From Glycera tridactyla (Eukaryota), in contig OZ286464.1 of NCBI GenBank assembly GCA_965644265.1, positions 63,612,001 to 63,676,000 on the forward strand: a stretch of DNA of 64,000 nucleotides, given 5' to 3'. A program made the translations under genes and the position numbers. Numbering within the stretch: position 1 is the stretch's first letter; each line of letters starts with the position of its first letter. Under the pieces are notes generated by a model that saw only the letters and a program-made list of their open reading frames with translations, was not told the DNA's origin and ran no database searches. This document shows positions 63,464-64,000 of this stretch, piece after piece.

Positions 63464-63763
63464 TACTTGGAAGTTGCGCATGAGCATTGCATCACAAAAC
63501 TGGAACCATGCTGTATATCTGGATCTACTTAGGCATTCTATGCCAATATAATCAGTTCGAATGATACAAATGCGGACAACGAATCGAAGTAAACAGGGCC
63601 TGGATATTTTGTGTTCCAACAATAATTCCTCCATGGTATACGATCATCATGCTGAGCGCAAGAGGTGAAAATTCGATATTCCCCTCCCTCCGTGCGATAT
63701 GGGCCAACAACGCCCCCTTAAAACCAGGTCACCTGGGCATGAATCTCATTTCTCAAGTAAATA

Positions 63764-63941
63764 TAGTCAAACCTGCTCGAGAGACCGCCTCAGTATAATG
63801 GCCACCTGTCTATAAAGACCACCCTGAGCTGCGATCGTGATAGTATTTTCAACAGTAAATTACCTGCCAATATGGGCCAGCAGTCTACAAATGCCACTTT
63901 CTGATGTGACCGAAGATGCCCTTTATTGACAGGATCGACTG
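63764..63941 (+). mobile_element. 178-bp Tc1/mariner-type MITE, full-length diverged copy
   Basis: TA|TAGTCAAACCTG...CAGGATCGACTG|TA, the same length as 7905-8082. Confidence 0.85.
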
Positions 63942-64000
63942 TAGTTCGAACTCGGACAAGTTCCGGATGACGTTGTGATGGGCCAGATGAGTTTGGATAG

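Noticed and set aside
1-64000. ORFs in the supplied track as genes (poly-HT, SVCL, QTDR, ML, X-rich etc.)
   Set aside because: They are translations of microsatellites, tandem repeats or N-gaps; none has a recognisable domain or gene structure.
1-64000. Hammerhead or HDV-like ribozymes, and rRNA genes
   Set aside because: A visual scan of both strands found no CTGATGA...GAAA core with flanking stems, no HDV pseudoknot and no rRNA signature; an Infernal/Rfam scan would be needed to exclude them formally.

Overview
Repeat-rich, AT-leaning eukaryotic DNA, most consistent with a marine invertebrate animal; the taxon cannot be fixed from sequence alone. It is a draft assembly with 14 N-gaps (about 1203-1338, 7186-7381, 9635-9833, 10478-10774, 18921-19049, 23350-23549, 34900-35082, 38239-38425, 38628-38756, 49622-50125, 53718-53965, 54017-54205, 57319-57493, 60698-61220), many abutting microsatellites. 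No intact, confidently recognisable host gene, rRNA, tRNA or CRISPR array was found, and almost all ORFs in the supplied track are translations of simple repeats or gaps. The window contains: (i) many fragments of a SINE-like family with a (CAAC)n tail and a covarying 3' stem; (ii) a 178-bp TA-flanked Tc1/mariner-type MITE family; (iii) a 658-bp foldback element with a 6-bp TSD; (iv) a CACT-ended EnSpm-like element with a 2-bp TSD; (v) Helentron/HINE-like elements; (vi) decayed transposase and LINE remnants; (vii) tandem arrays, including a 49-bp satellite with higher-order structure and a 57-bp minisatellite derived from a SINE body; and (viii) a few low-confidence candidate exons (WSC-like, transferrin-like). 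All protein-family similarities were judged by eye from recalled consensus motifs, not by database search. No clearly novel biological system is supported; the best leads are TE-structural.
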